A stretch of DNA of 64,000 nucleotides from an uncultured virus (IMG/VR IMGVR_UViG_2799112477_000001) (taxonomy: Duplodnaviria; Heunggongvirae; Uroviricota; Caudoviricetes): the IMG/VR virus record IMGVR_UViG_2799112477_000001; one strand, given 5' to 3'. The notes beneath the pieces are model-generated. The model saw only the letters and a list, made by a program, of their open reading frames with translations, was not told the origin of the DNA and made no database searches. Position numbers and translations under genes: made by a program. This document shows, one piece after another, positions 36,700-45,464 of the stretch; positions within the stretch are counted from its first letter, which is position 1, and the number at the start of each line of letters is the position of its first letter.

Positions 36700-39657
36700 T
36701 TAAGCCTTTTTCCTTGCTTTACGCTCGGTTTTTTCGGCTACTTCCTTGATTCTTTTTTCGCGTTTTTTGTCGCTTTCCTTCTTGCCCTCTTCCTTGACAT
36801 CGGAAACGTCAACTCCGGCTATCTTGGCAGCCTCCTTGACGAACTCGTTATACGCGAATCCTGATTCAGCGGTGCCCGAGAGTCTGACCTGTCCGGTTAT
36901 GAACAGTTCATCTCTTGCTCGTGTTGCCGAAACGAAGAGGAGCCTTCTGTTTTCCTCTCTCTCATCGAGGCTCATTCCGTCCTTCTTGTCATATTTGGTG
37001 ATTGAGTTGATGATGACCGGCCACTCAAGACCTTTGGACGAGTGTGCTGTGGAGAGTACTACGCCAGAATAAAGACCTTCTCTTTTGAGTTCTTCGCCGT
37101 CAAAGCGGATGAATGCGTCAATGTAGCTGACCATTTCATCGGTAGTGACGAAGCGAACGAGCCTCTCGGCGAGGTTTACAGCGACATCATCCTCTGCTGC
37201 GATCTCCTTAGCGAGCGCTCTGAAAGCCTCGGATCTCTTAGGCTCGTAAAGTGAACGCAGGTGAAGGATCGTCTGCTGACCTTCATCGATGATCTCATTG
37301 ATTTCCTCATCCGTGTTGGAAAGGACCTTTCCACCTTCAAGGCAATTCTGGAAAATCAGGATCTCTTTTGTGGCGGTGTAGTCTTTGTATGCTCTGGCGA
37401 GAGAACATATTCCCTGAACTCTGGAGTTCTCAAGCATCTTCTGAGGTGCCTGAAGTGAGGATTCGATGCCTTCGTCTGTGAGCTTTCCTGCGATCTTGAC
37501 GATCTCGGTCTTTGTTCTTGCAAGGATAGCGATATCTTCAGGGGCATAACCCTCTTTGATTTTCTCCTTGACGACGGAAACGATGTAGTCGTATTCCTTG
37601 TCGACCTTATAGAATGCCTTGACGGTCACCGGCTTGCCGGATGGTCTTGTTGCAACGAGGTCTTTTTCGACTCTTCTTATGTTGAGCGCGTTGACTTTGT
37701 TGGCAAACTCGAGGATCTCCGGTGTTGAACGATGGTTTTCGACGAGATTGACGTCCTTTACGGGCTGACCGATGCGGTCCTCGAACTCGATGATGTTGCC
37801 GGAGTCGGCATCACGCCAGCTGTAGATAGCCTGGCTGTCATCACCGACTACCAGAAGCGATTCAAATGCAGCAACATCGAGAAGCTGTTTTATGATCTCC
37901 ATCTGGTTTTTCGAGGTATCCTGGAACTCGTCAATGATGATGTGCTTGTAGCCCATCTTGTCGAAGTAGTAAGGGTCCATGTCGAGAATATCGAAGATCA
38001 TGGCTTCCTGATCAGCAAATTCGATCAGGTTCCTTGACCTTAATGTCTCGTCGTAGTCCTCATACAGCTCGAGAAGAGCCTGATAAGCATCTTCACTGTC
38101 AATGGACGAATACCATTTCACATTCAGCTTTCTTCTCAGCTCATCTACATCGTAGACCGAGAGCCTGTCGCGCTTGATGATTTCGAACGCAGCTTCCGTT
38201 ACGAGCCTTGCTCCGCCGAAACCTTTGAACTTAAGGTTTATGTTCTCGTAGTAAAGACCCGGAACGGTCTTTTTATCGAGAAGGCGGGCGATGATGGCAG
38301 ATCTTTCCGTGGCGTCGATAGGGCGGGGCGGAGCGGTGAATCCAAGACGTCCGAACTCAGTGTTCAGAATGTCCTGTCCGAACTCATTGAATGTGACGAT
38401 ACGAATATCGTTTACATCCATGTCTATACCCAGTCCTTTGAGGTATGATGATGTCCTGTCTTTCATCTCTCTTGCTCCTGCGTTGGAGAAGGTGATGAGA
38501 AGTATGGATGCGGGATCAATCCCCTCAGCGATCATGAACGCCGTGTTCAGAGCTACCACTGTGGTCTTTCCGGAGCCTGCTCCTGCATTGCAGCGCATAA
38601 TACCGTGTCTATGCCTTACGACCTCGTCCTGCTTGTCGGAAAGCGAGATGCCTGAAAGAGGCTTTTCTCTTCTTTCGACCTCAGTTTTGAGAGGTGCTTC
38701 GGCAAAGTGGCACAGCTGGTACCAATCGCAGTCAAGGCAATCATCTCCGTCGCAGTCGTGGCCGATGATGTATTCCTTGAACTGAGGCTCATAAACCTTG
38801 TCTATCTCGACTGCCATGCCGGAGAGTGTGCAGATATGTCTTCTTTTCTCGTCTGAGAAGAAGCCCGGGACAAGATGATCCGTGCGGTCTGAGTCCTTGC
38901 GGAGAAAGTAATAGCTTCCCTTTGCAGCCCAGTCTTCCGGATCTTTTTCCTTAGCAGCTTCGCTTCTGGCATAAGCGTATATGCCGTAAAGCTCTTTATT
39001 GTTAAGAATATTTCTGTCCTGTGATCTTCCGCGTGCCGAACAATCAGGCTTGCCACATCTGATACGGATAGCTTCGATTGTTTTCGTACGTACATTTCTG
39101 TACAGAAGATCAGGTCTGGCCCCCTTGACTTCCTGTCCGAAAAGAACAAGGTCTTTAGGTGCCGGAACTGTGAGGCTTCTTTCTTCTTCGTCGAGATATC
39201 TGAATATTCTCCTGGAAACTGTCTCGCCGAGAAGGCGGGCGGTCTCTCTTGTGTCGAAGCTGTAGCTTCTGTACGTGCGGAGGATCAGATCTTTTACATA
39301 GTCCTTGCGGCTTGCCAGCTTGACGACCATAAACGCCTTTGTCTCGTTGAAAATTCCGGTGATAAGGTCGAATCTTCCGTCTGCACGAAGGATCGACTTT
39401 ACTCCGTCATAGACGTAGAGCATATCGTCTTCGACAAGATCTCTTTCAAGTTTGTCCTGAATTAGCATGATTGCTGTTTTCACGTCATAGTCGCGGTCAC
39501 GGAGTGACTTGCTCCAGAACCAGTTTTTGATGACTGTTTTCTGGAATGCGAACTGTTCGTAGCGATCATCCTTTCCGCTTGAAAGGTTCAGATCTCTTGA
39601 ACGCTTGGAATAACAGGAATTATTTCCTTTGAGTTGTGAAAGTCGCACTGATTCCAT
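36700..39657 (-). CDS. UvrD/Rep/PcrA-family helicase with N-terminal nuclease-like extension
   Basis: AGAGSGKT, ITFSN, DEFQD, VGDDSQAIYSWR, NHRS, STAHSSKGLEW, FVSATRAR; ATG 39657 with the shared leader. Confidence 0.9.
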   Translation of the reverse strand: MESVRLSQLKGNNSCYSKRSRDLNLSSGKDDRYEQFAFQKTVIKNWFWSKSLRDRDYDVKTAIMLIQDKLERDLVEDDMLYVYDGVKSILRADGRFDLITGIFNETKAFMVVKLASRKDYVKDLILRTYRSYSFDTRETARLLGETVSRRIFRYLDEEERSLTVPAPKDLVLFGQEVKGARPDLLYRNVRTKTIEAIRIRCGKPDCSARGRSQDRNILNNKELYGIYAYARSEAAKEKDPEDWAAKGSYYFLRKDSDRTDHLVPGFFSDEKRRHICTLSGMAVEIDKVYEPQFKEYIIGHDCDGDDCLDCDWYQLCHFAEAPLKTEVERREKPLSGISLSDKQDEVVRHRHGIMRCNAGAGSGKTTVVALNTAFMIAEGIDPASILLITFSNAGAREMKDRTSSYLKGLGIDMDVNDIRIVTFNEFGQDILNTEFGRLGFTAPPRPIDATERSAIIARLLDKKTVPGLYYENINLKFKGFGGARLVTEAAFEIIKRDRLSVYDVDELRRKLNVKWYSSIDSEDAYQALLELYEDYDETLRSRNLIEFADQEAMIFDILDMDPYYFDKMGYKHIIIDEFQDTSKNQMEIIKQLLDVAAFESLLVVGDDSQAIYSWRDADSGNIIEFEDRIGQPVKDVNLVENHRSTPEILEFANKVNALNIRRVEKDLVATRPSGKPVTVKAFYKVDKEYDYIVSVVKEKIKEGYAPEDIAILARTKTEIVKIAGKLTDEGIESSLQAPQKMLENSRVQGICSLARAYKDYTATKEILIFQNCLEGGKVLSNTDEEINEIIDEGQQTILHLRSLYEPKRSEAFRALAKEIAAEDDVAVNLAERLVRFVTTDEMVSYIDAFIRFDGEELKREGLYSGVVLSTAHSSKGLEWPVIINSITKYDKKDGMSLDEREENRRLLFVSATRARDELFITGQVRLSGTAESGFAYNEFVKEAAKIAGVDVSDVKEEGKKESDKKREKRIKEVAEKTERKARKKA

Positions 39658-39740
39658 TGTGTTGTTTCCTTTCCACCACAAAAGGAGAGACTTGCGGCCT
39701 CTCCTCTCGTGGATTTAATAATATTTAACTATATCTTTTC

Positions 39741-42284
39741 TTAGTGAAAGTATCTCTGCAGGATGCGTGTAAGCTCGTCTTCGATCTCGTCGAGAGAAGC
39801 GAAGATGATCTCTTGGCCGTACATTTCTCTGAAAACTGCAAAGTCTTCATCGTCTTGATCGTGGTACATATACATGCCGATCGTGCGGATGCCTGCCTTG
39901 CGAGCGTCTTCTACTGCTGATTTTACATCCTTGATGCCTTCTTTGAAGCCACCTCTGTAGTCAGTAGGGAAGCCGTCTGATGCGATGATCAGGATCTTGT
40001 CCTTCTCAGGTCTCATTGAGAGCTGCTTGGCTGCGACACGGATGCTGTAGCCGTCCTTGTTGCCCCAGCCGGATCTTCCGAGGTCTCTGAAGTTGTATGA
40101 CAGATTCGCAGGTGCGACCTCGTCAAACTCCTTGATGACTTCGTGCATGACTCTGTCAGAACCGTTTGCGTCGAACGCAGCGATCTTGAGAGGCATGTGA
40201 TCCTTGAAGCCTTCCTCCAGAACAGCGAATGCGTTGCAGCATGCAAATCTTGTTGAGCCCGGACCATTTCCCATCGAGCCGGAATTGTCCATAAGGAGGA
40301 ATCCGGCTACGTCTGACTTTACAGGCGCTCCCTTTTTCTTGAACACGTCGATATCGCCCATCGCGAGATTAGCGATCCTTCTTGTGTCAAGCATACCGGA
40401 TCTTAAGAACCTCAGATCTGGCTCCTGCTTATTCTTGATAAGCTGGTCGATCTTGCGGTCAAGAGACTTGCCCTTGTTTTCAAGTTCCATAGGGAGCCTT
40501 CCTGTCGGATCGTACTTTCTTACGGATTCTGTGAATTTCACATTGCCTGCGTATCTGGCATCGATATCTCCCATAGGGATCGGTGTCGAAGTAACAGGTT
40601 TGAAATTCTTAGCCGCCTTGCTGAAGGCTTCATCGAGCTTTGCGTCTGCTTCAGCAATCTCAAAGTCTGCAGATGCCTTCTTTGCAGCTTCTTCCATAGC
40701 CTCTTCGAGGCGGGAAGTGAATTCCTCTTCCGACAGGCTGCTTTCAGAGGCGCTCTCAACGACATTGTTGCTTCCGGTATCGTTGTTCTCTGTGAACAGG
40801 CCGTCTGCGGATTCAATGCCGTCAGTTTCATCGGAGCCGCCAGAAGATTTGCCTGATTTCTCTCCGGATCCGGTTGCGCTGTCGGAGCTGCTTTCTGAGG
40901 AGGAGTCGAAACCGTCTCCGTTTCCTTCTTCTCCGCTGTCGGATGATTCGCTTCCGGCATTATCGGCAGGTTCTCCTCTCTTATCTGAAGCAGAGGAGTC
41001 TTTGCCGGATTTGCCAAGCGATATCCCGCTTGCTGCAGCTTCGTCTGCCTCATCAGATCCTTCGCTGTCGGAATCGTCTTCTCCGTTTTCGGAAGAATTG
41101 GTATCGGCTGCCTTGCCGGAGCTTTTACCTTTTTCGGAATCTGAAGGGTCGTCGCCGTCTTCGCTGTCGCTTTTGACTTTGAACTTTACACCCGGTGCCG
41201 AGTCGTCGTCGAGCTCAGACTCTTCCTTGAGCTTTTCGTAAGTTTCTTTATCGACTTCCATCTCAAGTTCGGTCTGTCCGAAGACACTCTCCGCAGGTGT
41301 TCCGTCGCCCTTTTCCTCAGTGGAAGGGGAGGCGGACATCTTGGTCTTGTCAAGATTTTCAAGAAGCTTATCGACAAGCTTCTCGAGGAACTTCTTGAAT
41401 GCTTTTGCATCAGCCTCAACTGAGCAGACGTCAACGATCATGTCCAGAAGGCGATCGAATATGATGCGTCCCTGGTCCATGCATTCCTTGCAGGTCTTTC
41501 CGAGTACTGCTGCTGCGATCTCCGGTATGAAGCTGGCACACAGATCATGCGCGTCGGTTCCGCCGTATGCTGCGAGGAATCCACGCTGGTAGATACCAAG
41601 TGTTGCAAGCGGATACAGCTGCCCGAGGATCATTACCAGCTTATCGAAGTCGTTAAGGTCAGCAGGGTCTTCTTTGAAGCCGTCCATGTCGCGGAAATCG
41701 TCTTCAAGCCATCTCTTACCGCGGAATGTTTTGCGGTAATTGCCGAAGCCCGGATGGAGCTGCGTGCGGATGTTCTCGATCCTGCCATCCTCGAGTACGT
41801 TGAGCACATACTTGATGTACTCGAAAAGAAGCTGCTGATTGACGAAAATGCCTTTATTGGCCAGTTCTGCGAAGAACTTTTCGTAATCCGAGTCCTTTGT
41901 GAGGCGACGCGGCTTGCCGAACGCCTTGATGGCGAGCTTGTCGCAAGCTCTGTTGAAGCACATCTTCTGTGCTGCCTCCCAGTCCTTCGCGGTCGTTGAT
42001 AGCATATGCTGAAGCTCGTGACCGAGAAGGTGATGGACCTGATCGAAAAATTCCTGCGGAGTGTCCGCATCAACCATTCCATATCCGATGTGAATCGTGC
42101 AAGGGTAGGTTCTGCCTGTCTTTTCGTCCTTGAATGCAGGATGCTGATAGCTTCCGTCATCAGGCTCAAGCTCAAATACAGGAATCTTCTTTATGGTGTG
42201 TGCAAGGCACTCAACATATATAAGCGATTCGAAGTGTCTGCGCCATTTGAGCGCAAGGTTGGTCTTTTCTTTCATAGTCAGCAT
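39741..42284 (-). CDS. vWA (CobT/NorD-like) domain protein with N-terminal HExxH domain and acidic linker
   Basis: HELQH, NVLEDGRIE, MIDAS DNSGSM, IIASDGFP. Confidence 0.85.
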   Translation of the reverse strand: MLTMKEKTNLALKWRRHFESLIYVECLAHTIKKIPVFELEPDDGSYQHPAFKDEKTGRTYPCTIHIGYGMVDADTPQEFFDQVHHLLGHELQHMLSTTAKDWEAAQKMCFNRACDKLAIKAFGKPRRLTKDSDYEKFFAELANKGIFVNQQLLFEYIKYVLNVLEDGRIENIRTQLHPGFGNYRKTFRGKRWLEDDFRDMDGFKEDPADLNDFDKLVMILGQLYPLATLGIYQRGFLAAYGGTDAHDLCASFIPEIAAAVLGKTCKECMDQGRIIFDRLLDMIVDVCSVEADAKAFKKFLEKLVDKLLENLDKTKMSASPSTEEKGDGTPAESVFGQTELEMEVDKETYEKLKEESELDDDSAPGVKFKVKSDSEDGDDPSDSEKGKSSGKAADTNSSENGEDDSDSEGSDEADEAAASGISLGKSGKDSSASDKRGEPADNAGSESSDSGEEGNGDGFDSSSESSSDSATGSGEKSGKSSGGSDETDGIESADGLFTENNDTGSNNVVESASESSLSEEEFTSRLEEAMEEAAKKASADFEIAEADAKLDEAFSKAAKNFKPVTSTPIPMGDIDARYAGNVKFTESVRKYDPTGRLPMELENKGKSLDRKIDQLIKNKQEPDLRFLRSGMLDTRRIANLAMGDIDVFKKKGAPVKSDVAGFLLMDNSGSMGNGPGSTRFACCNAFAVLEEGFKDHMPLKIAAFDANGSDRVMHEVIKEFDEVAPANLSYNFRDLGRSGWGNKDGYSIRVAAKQLSMRPEKDKILIIASDGFPTDYRGGFKEGIKDVKSAVEDARKAGIRTIGMYMYHDQDDEDFAVFREMYGQEIIFASLDEIEDELTRILQRYFH

Positions 42285-42296
42285 AAGATCACCTCC

Positions 42297-43682
42297 TTAG
42301 AATGTGATCTTGTCACGGACCATGCCGCCTAAGACCATGCGCTCTTCAGGCAGACAGCCGTTCAGGACCTGGATCGTGATACGGTGTGCAAGGCTTGTGG
42401 CTTCAGGGAACCTCTCAACGTCTGCAAGAGCTCTTACGAACCCTCTGATGTTGAGGCATCTTTTAGATACGCGGCCTTGTTCAACAGCACTTTTGAAATC
42501 CTTGTAGACTCTTGAGCATGCCTTGAAGTGTTTCTTGCTGAGCTTGGTATCTTCAGGGAAGTTTGCTCTGAGGAGGCTTTCGATGTCTTCCGGCATCTCG
42601 ACCTGGATCCTCGCGAGTCTTGAAGATGTAGCCTCGTTCAGTTCTCTTGTTCCTGCGTAGTCTGAACCGACCGGGTTCATACCGCCCGCAAGAACGCAGT
42701 GAGGGTGAAGCTTGATAGCTCCTTCTCCGCCAGGGAGTACAAGAACGCGCTCTCCGTCAGCAAGAGGGTGTACCAGAGCCTGAAGGAAGTTGGCTTCTGC
42801 CATGTTGATCTCGTCAAACAGCAGAACGCCTCCGTCCTTTGCCCAGTCTACGATCTCCGCCTTGTTCTGGATGATCCTCAGGGATGCACTCTGAGCTTTC
42901 AGCAGCTCGAACTTTGCCGCATCAGCGAGGTAGTTTTCGTATTTCACCGGATCGGCGGATACGAGGACCTTTGCCATTGCGAGCTCAAGGTCAAGGCCTT
43001 CAGCTGCAGAGTTGTCTGTGGACTTTCCTCCGAAGACGGAGTCCATGTCCATGCCTGCGGACATTCCGATCCTGTAGTACGGTTTGCAGTTGAACCATGC
43101 AAGTGTAGTTGTCAGAACGTTCTTGCCCGTTGACTTTTCTCCTTCAAGAAGGAGACCTTCTCCATTGAGCATGCAGATGATTGCATCGTTCATGTAGGAA
43201 AATTCAGTGCTAGGGTTTCCATCCTGATAGATCGGCATTCCGTTAGGCTTGAAGCGCTTTTCAGAGGCATTTGCTACTCTCTCTCTAAGCACGCGTGCTA
43301 TGAGGGTAGGGTGCACTCTGTTGTCCTCCATGCATTTGATCATGGCGTCGACTTCTTCTTCCGGAACGGATTCAAAGTCGATGAGGGCTTTTTCAGCTGC
43401 GTAATCGCCGCCGTTTGCAGATGTCTCTGCGCAGTCAACGTCGATGATGAACGAGAGGGTCTCCGCTCCCGGCCCTACGAGCTTAGCCTCATAGAGCTTC
43501 GGGATCTCGAAGCCGTCTTCTGCGTAGCCGATCGACAGATCGTCAATGACGGCCTCAACCTTATTTCCCGGAGCTGGTCTGAAGAATACCGGAGTCAGTA
43601 CCGACTTGCCGTCATTCAGAAGCTCTGAGAAGTGATTTGCTCCAGGCTGCAGAAATGTTCCTTTTACTGTGATAGTTTTCAT
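42297..43682 (-). CDS. MoxR/CbbQ/CobS-type AAA+ ATPase
   Basis: GEKSTGKN, LFDEINMA, GMNP..YAGTRELNEATSSR. Confidence 0.85.
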   Translation of the reverse strand: MKTITVKGTFLQPGANHFSELLNDGKSVLTPVFFRPAPGNKVEAVIDDLSIGYAEDGFEIPKLYEAKLVGPGAETLSFIIDVDCAETSANGGDYAAEKALIDFESVPEEEVDAMIKCMEDNRVHPTLIARVLRERVANASEKRFKPNGMPIYQDGNPSTEFSYMNDAIICMLNGEGLLLEGEKSTGKNVLTTTLAWFNCKPYYRIGMSAGMDMDSVFGGKSTDNSAAEGLDLELAMAKVLVSADPVKYENYLADAAKFELLKAQSASLRIIQNKAEIVDWAKDGGVLLFDEINMAEANFLQALVHPLADGERVLVLPGGEGAIKLHPHCVLAGGMNPVGSDYAGTRELNEATSSRLARIQVEMPEDIESLLRANFPEDTKLSKKHFKACSRVYKDFKSAVEQGRVSKRCLNIRGFVRALADVERFPEATSLAHRITIQVLNGCLPEERMVLGGMVRDKITF

Positions 43683-43855
43683 GGTGTTATCTCCTTTCGT
43701 TAAATAGAAAATGACTTCGCGTCACCGCTGCGAAGCCACCGTTTGCTTAAACAAAAAAGCACCTGCAATGCCCTAAAGACATACAGGTGCTCCGATTGTA
43801 AGCTGAGAATACGTTAATATGAGTATATATTATAGCATTCCGGCTGATTTTACAA
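43683..43855 (-). promoter_or_regulatory. Conserved operon leader, copy B
   Basis: TTGTAA..TGCTATAAT; ATATTAACGTATTCTCAGCTT; GGAGCACCTG..CAGGTGCTTTTTT; GTGGCTTCGC-(CGGTGAC loop)-GCGAAGTCAT. Confidence 0.8.
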
Positions 43856-43866
43856 GTAGAACTGGG

Positions 43867-44145
43867 CTACTTGTTGACTGCGTCCTTGAGTCCCTTTCCG
43901 GCCTTGAAGGAAGGTACAGTCGCTGCAGGGATGACTACGGTCTCTTCAGGATTGTGAGGGTTTCTTCCGGCCCTTTCCTTACGCTGTCTGGTTTCGAATG
44001 TACCGAAGCCGATAAGTCTTACGCTGTCTTTCTCCTTGAGCGCATCTGTGATTGCTGCAAATACAGCGTCTGTTGCGGCGGCTGCATCTTTCTTGGACAG
44101 AAATGCTTTCTCTGCTACCTTTTCTATAAGTTCTGCTTTGTTCAT
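43867..44145 (-). CDS. hup: HU family DNA-binding protein
   Basis: MNKAELIEKVA..LIGFGTFE..GRNP..PSFKAGKGLKDAVN. Confidence 0.95.
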   Translation of the reverse strand: MNKAELIEKVAEKAFLSKKDAAAATDAVFAAITDALKEKDSVRLIGFGTFETRQRKERAGRNPHNPEETVVIPAATVPSFKAGKGLKDAVNK

Positions 44146-44201
44146 ATGAGTCTCCTTGTTTTCTGCTGAAGTATTAGCGTTTTTATTAACACCATCTGGC
44201 G

Positions 44202-44744
44202 TTATCTGCTTTGGTATTCGGTGTCGTCGCTATCAATAGCTGTATAGCCATAGACGGTAGGAAAGTACTTTCTTCCGCTGTATTCGGCAGGTTCTATGTC
44301 CGAAGGGACATATACGTTTACGAGCCAGCCGGGAAGGGGGATCGCCTTTTTCCCGGATACAGCTATATGGTATTCTCCCCGGTCGTTTTCTGTTTCGGGA
44401 TCGGCTTTGATCATAATAAGTCCGGTCGGGTTTCTGCTCAGCCTTGTCAGATATGTGTAGTCAACGATTTTGAACAATATCTCCCTGTATCCCCGCGAGA
44501 TGACGTCATATCTTTGCCAGGTCCCGTATCCCAGAAGAGACAGGGCTATAAGAGCCAGAAAAGGAGCAAGTCCTCTTGTGGATGGAACGACCAGCGTTGT
44601 GACCGCAAGAAGAAGCGCTACGGCGCCTATCGTGAGGAGCGGGTTGATCCTGGCTGCGATCGGAGGAGGGAGAGCTTCCGTGTAGATTTGTCTCAGGCTG
44701 ATACGGTTCTTCTTTGCTTTGAATCTTTTCTTTTTCTTTTTCAC
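44202..44744 (-). CDS. Membrane protein
   Basis: Basic N-terminus and two TM helices. Confidence 0.55.
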   Translation of the reverse strand: MKKKKKRFKAKKNRISLRQIYTEALPPPIAARINPLLTIGAVALLLAVTTLVVPSTRGLAPFLALIALSLLGYGTWQRYDVISRGYREILFKIVDYTYLTRLSRNPTGLIMIKADPETENDRGEYHIAVSGKKAIPLPGWLVNVYVPSDIEPAEYSGRKYFPTVYGYTAIDSDDTEYQSR

Positions 44745-44762
44745 TTTTCTTCTCCGTGTTTA

Positions 44763-45368
44763 TTAGAATACGAAATGGAAATACAGTGCAGATGCCACAA
44801 GGAAGAGGACGAGAACTCCGATGAGTACGATCAGCGCAGTATTGACAGGCTTTTCTTCTTCGTAATCTCCGTTAGCATCTTCCGGCTCGATCTCGTCGTA
44901 ATATCCGTCTGAATTCACCAGCTCGTTGATTTCGTCCTCTATCTGCTGCTGTTCTATTTCTGAATAGTCAAAGAGGGCGTTAGCTACTTTCGTGGCGACC
45001 CGGTTTCTGAATCGCTTGAGGCGGCGAGGATTTTCTGCAGTTTCCTGTCCATCATTTTCTTCGAACTCCGCTTCTATGGAGTCTTCTATCTCGCTCTTAC
45101 TGAAGCCCGCGTAGGCTGGTGAGAATTCGGACAGGGCGTTTGTGTATTCTGCATGCACGCGGTCCTCTGCTCTTCTTTCCTGCATCAGTACCCTTGAGGC
45201 TCCGGCAGCTCTCCGCTCTTTCTCTCTCATCTCGGCAAGAAGCGTGGTAGTTCCATCGCTCCTCGGGTGGAGTCTGACCTTTCTGACCTCATCAAACGAG
45301 TATGTGCTGCGTGACAGCGGTCTGCACCACAGGCTTATTTTAGTGTAATGCTCCTCTATTATGCTCAA
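44763..45368 (-). CDS. Protein with C-terminal membrane anchor
   Basis: Acidic region (NSDGYYDEIEPED) then a C-terminal TM helix. Confidence 0.55.
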   Translation of the reverse strand: MSIIEEHYTKISLWCRPLSRSTYSFDEVRKVRLHPRSDGTTTLLAEMREKERRAAGASRVLMQERRAEDRVHAEYTNALSEFSPAYAGFSKSEIEDSIEAEFEENDGQETAENPRRLKRFRNRVATKVANALFDYSEIEQQQIEDEINELVNSDGYYDEIEPEDANGDYEEEKPVNTALIVLIGVLVLFLVASALYFHFVF

Positions 45369-45464
45369 GTTCCTGCACCTTTTTTCCTTTCTGTAGGATA
45401 GGATATTACTTTTACTGTTAAAAAATCAAAGGGTTCGCGCTTATGAATTTAAAAAGTTGAATAA

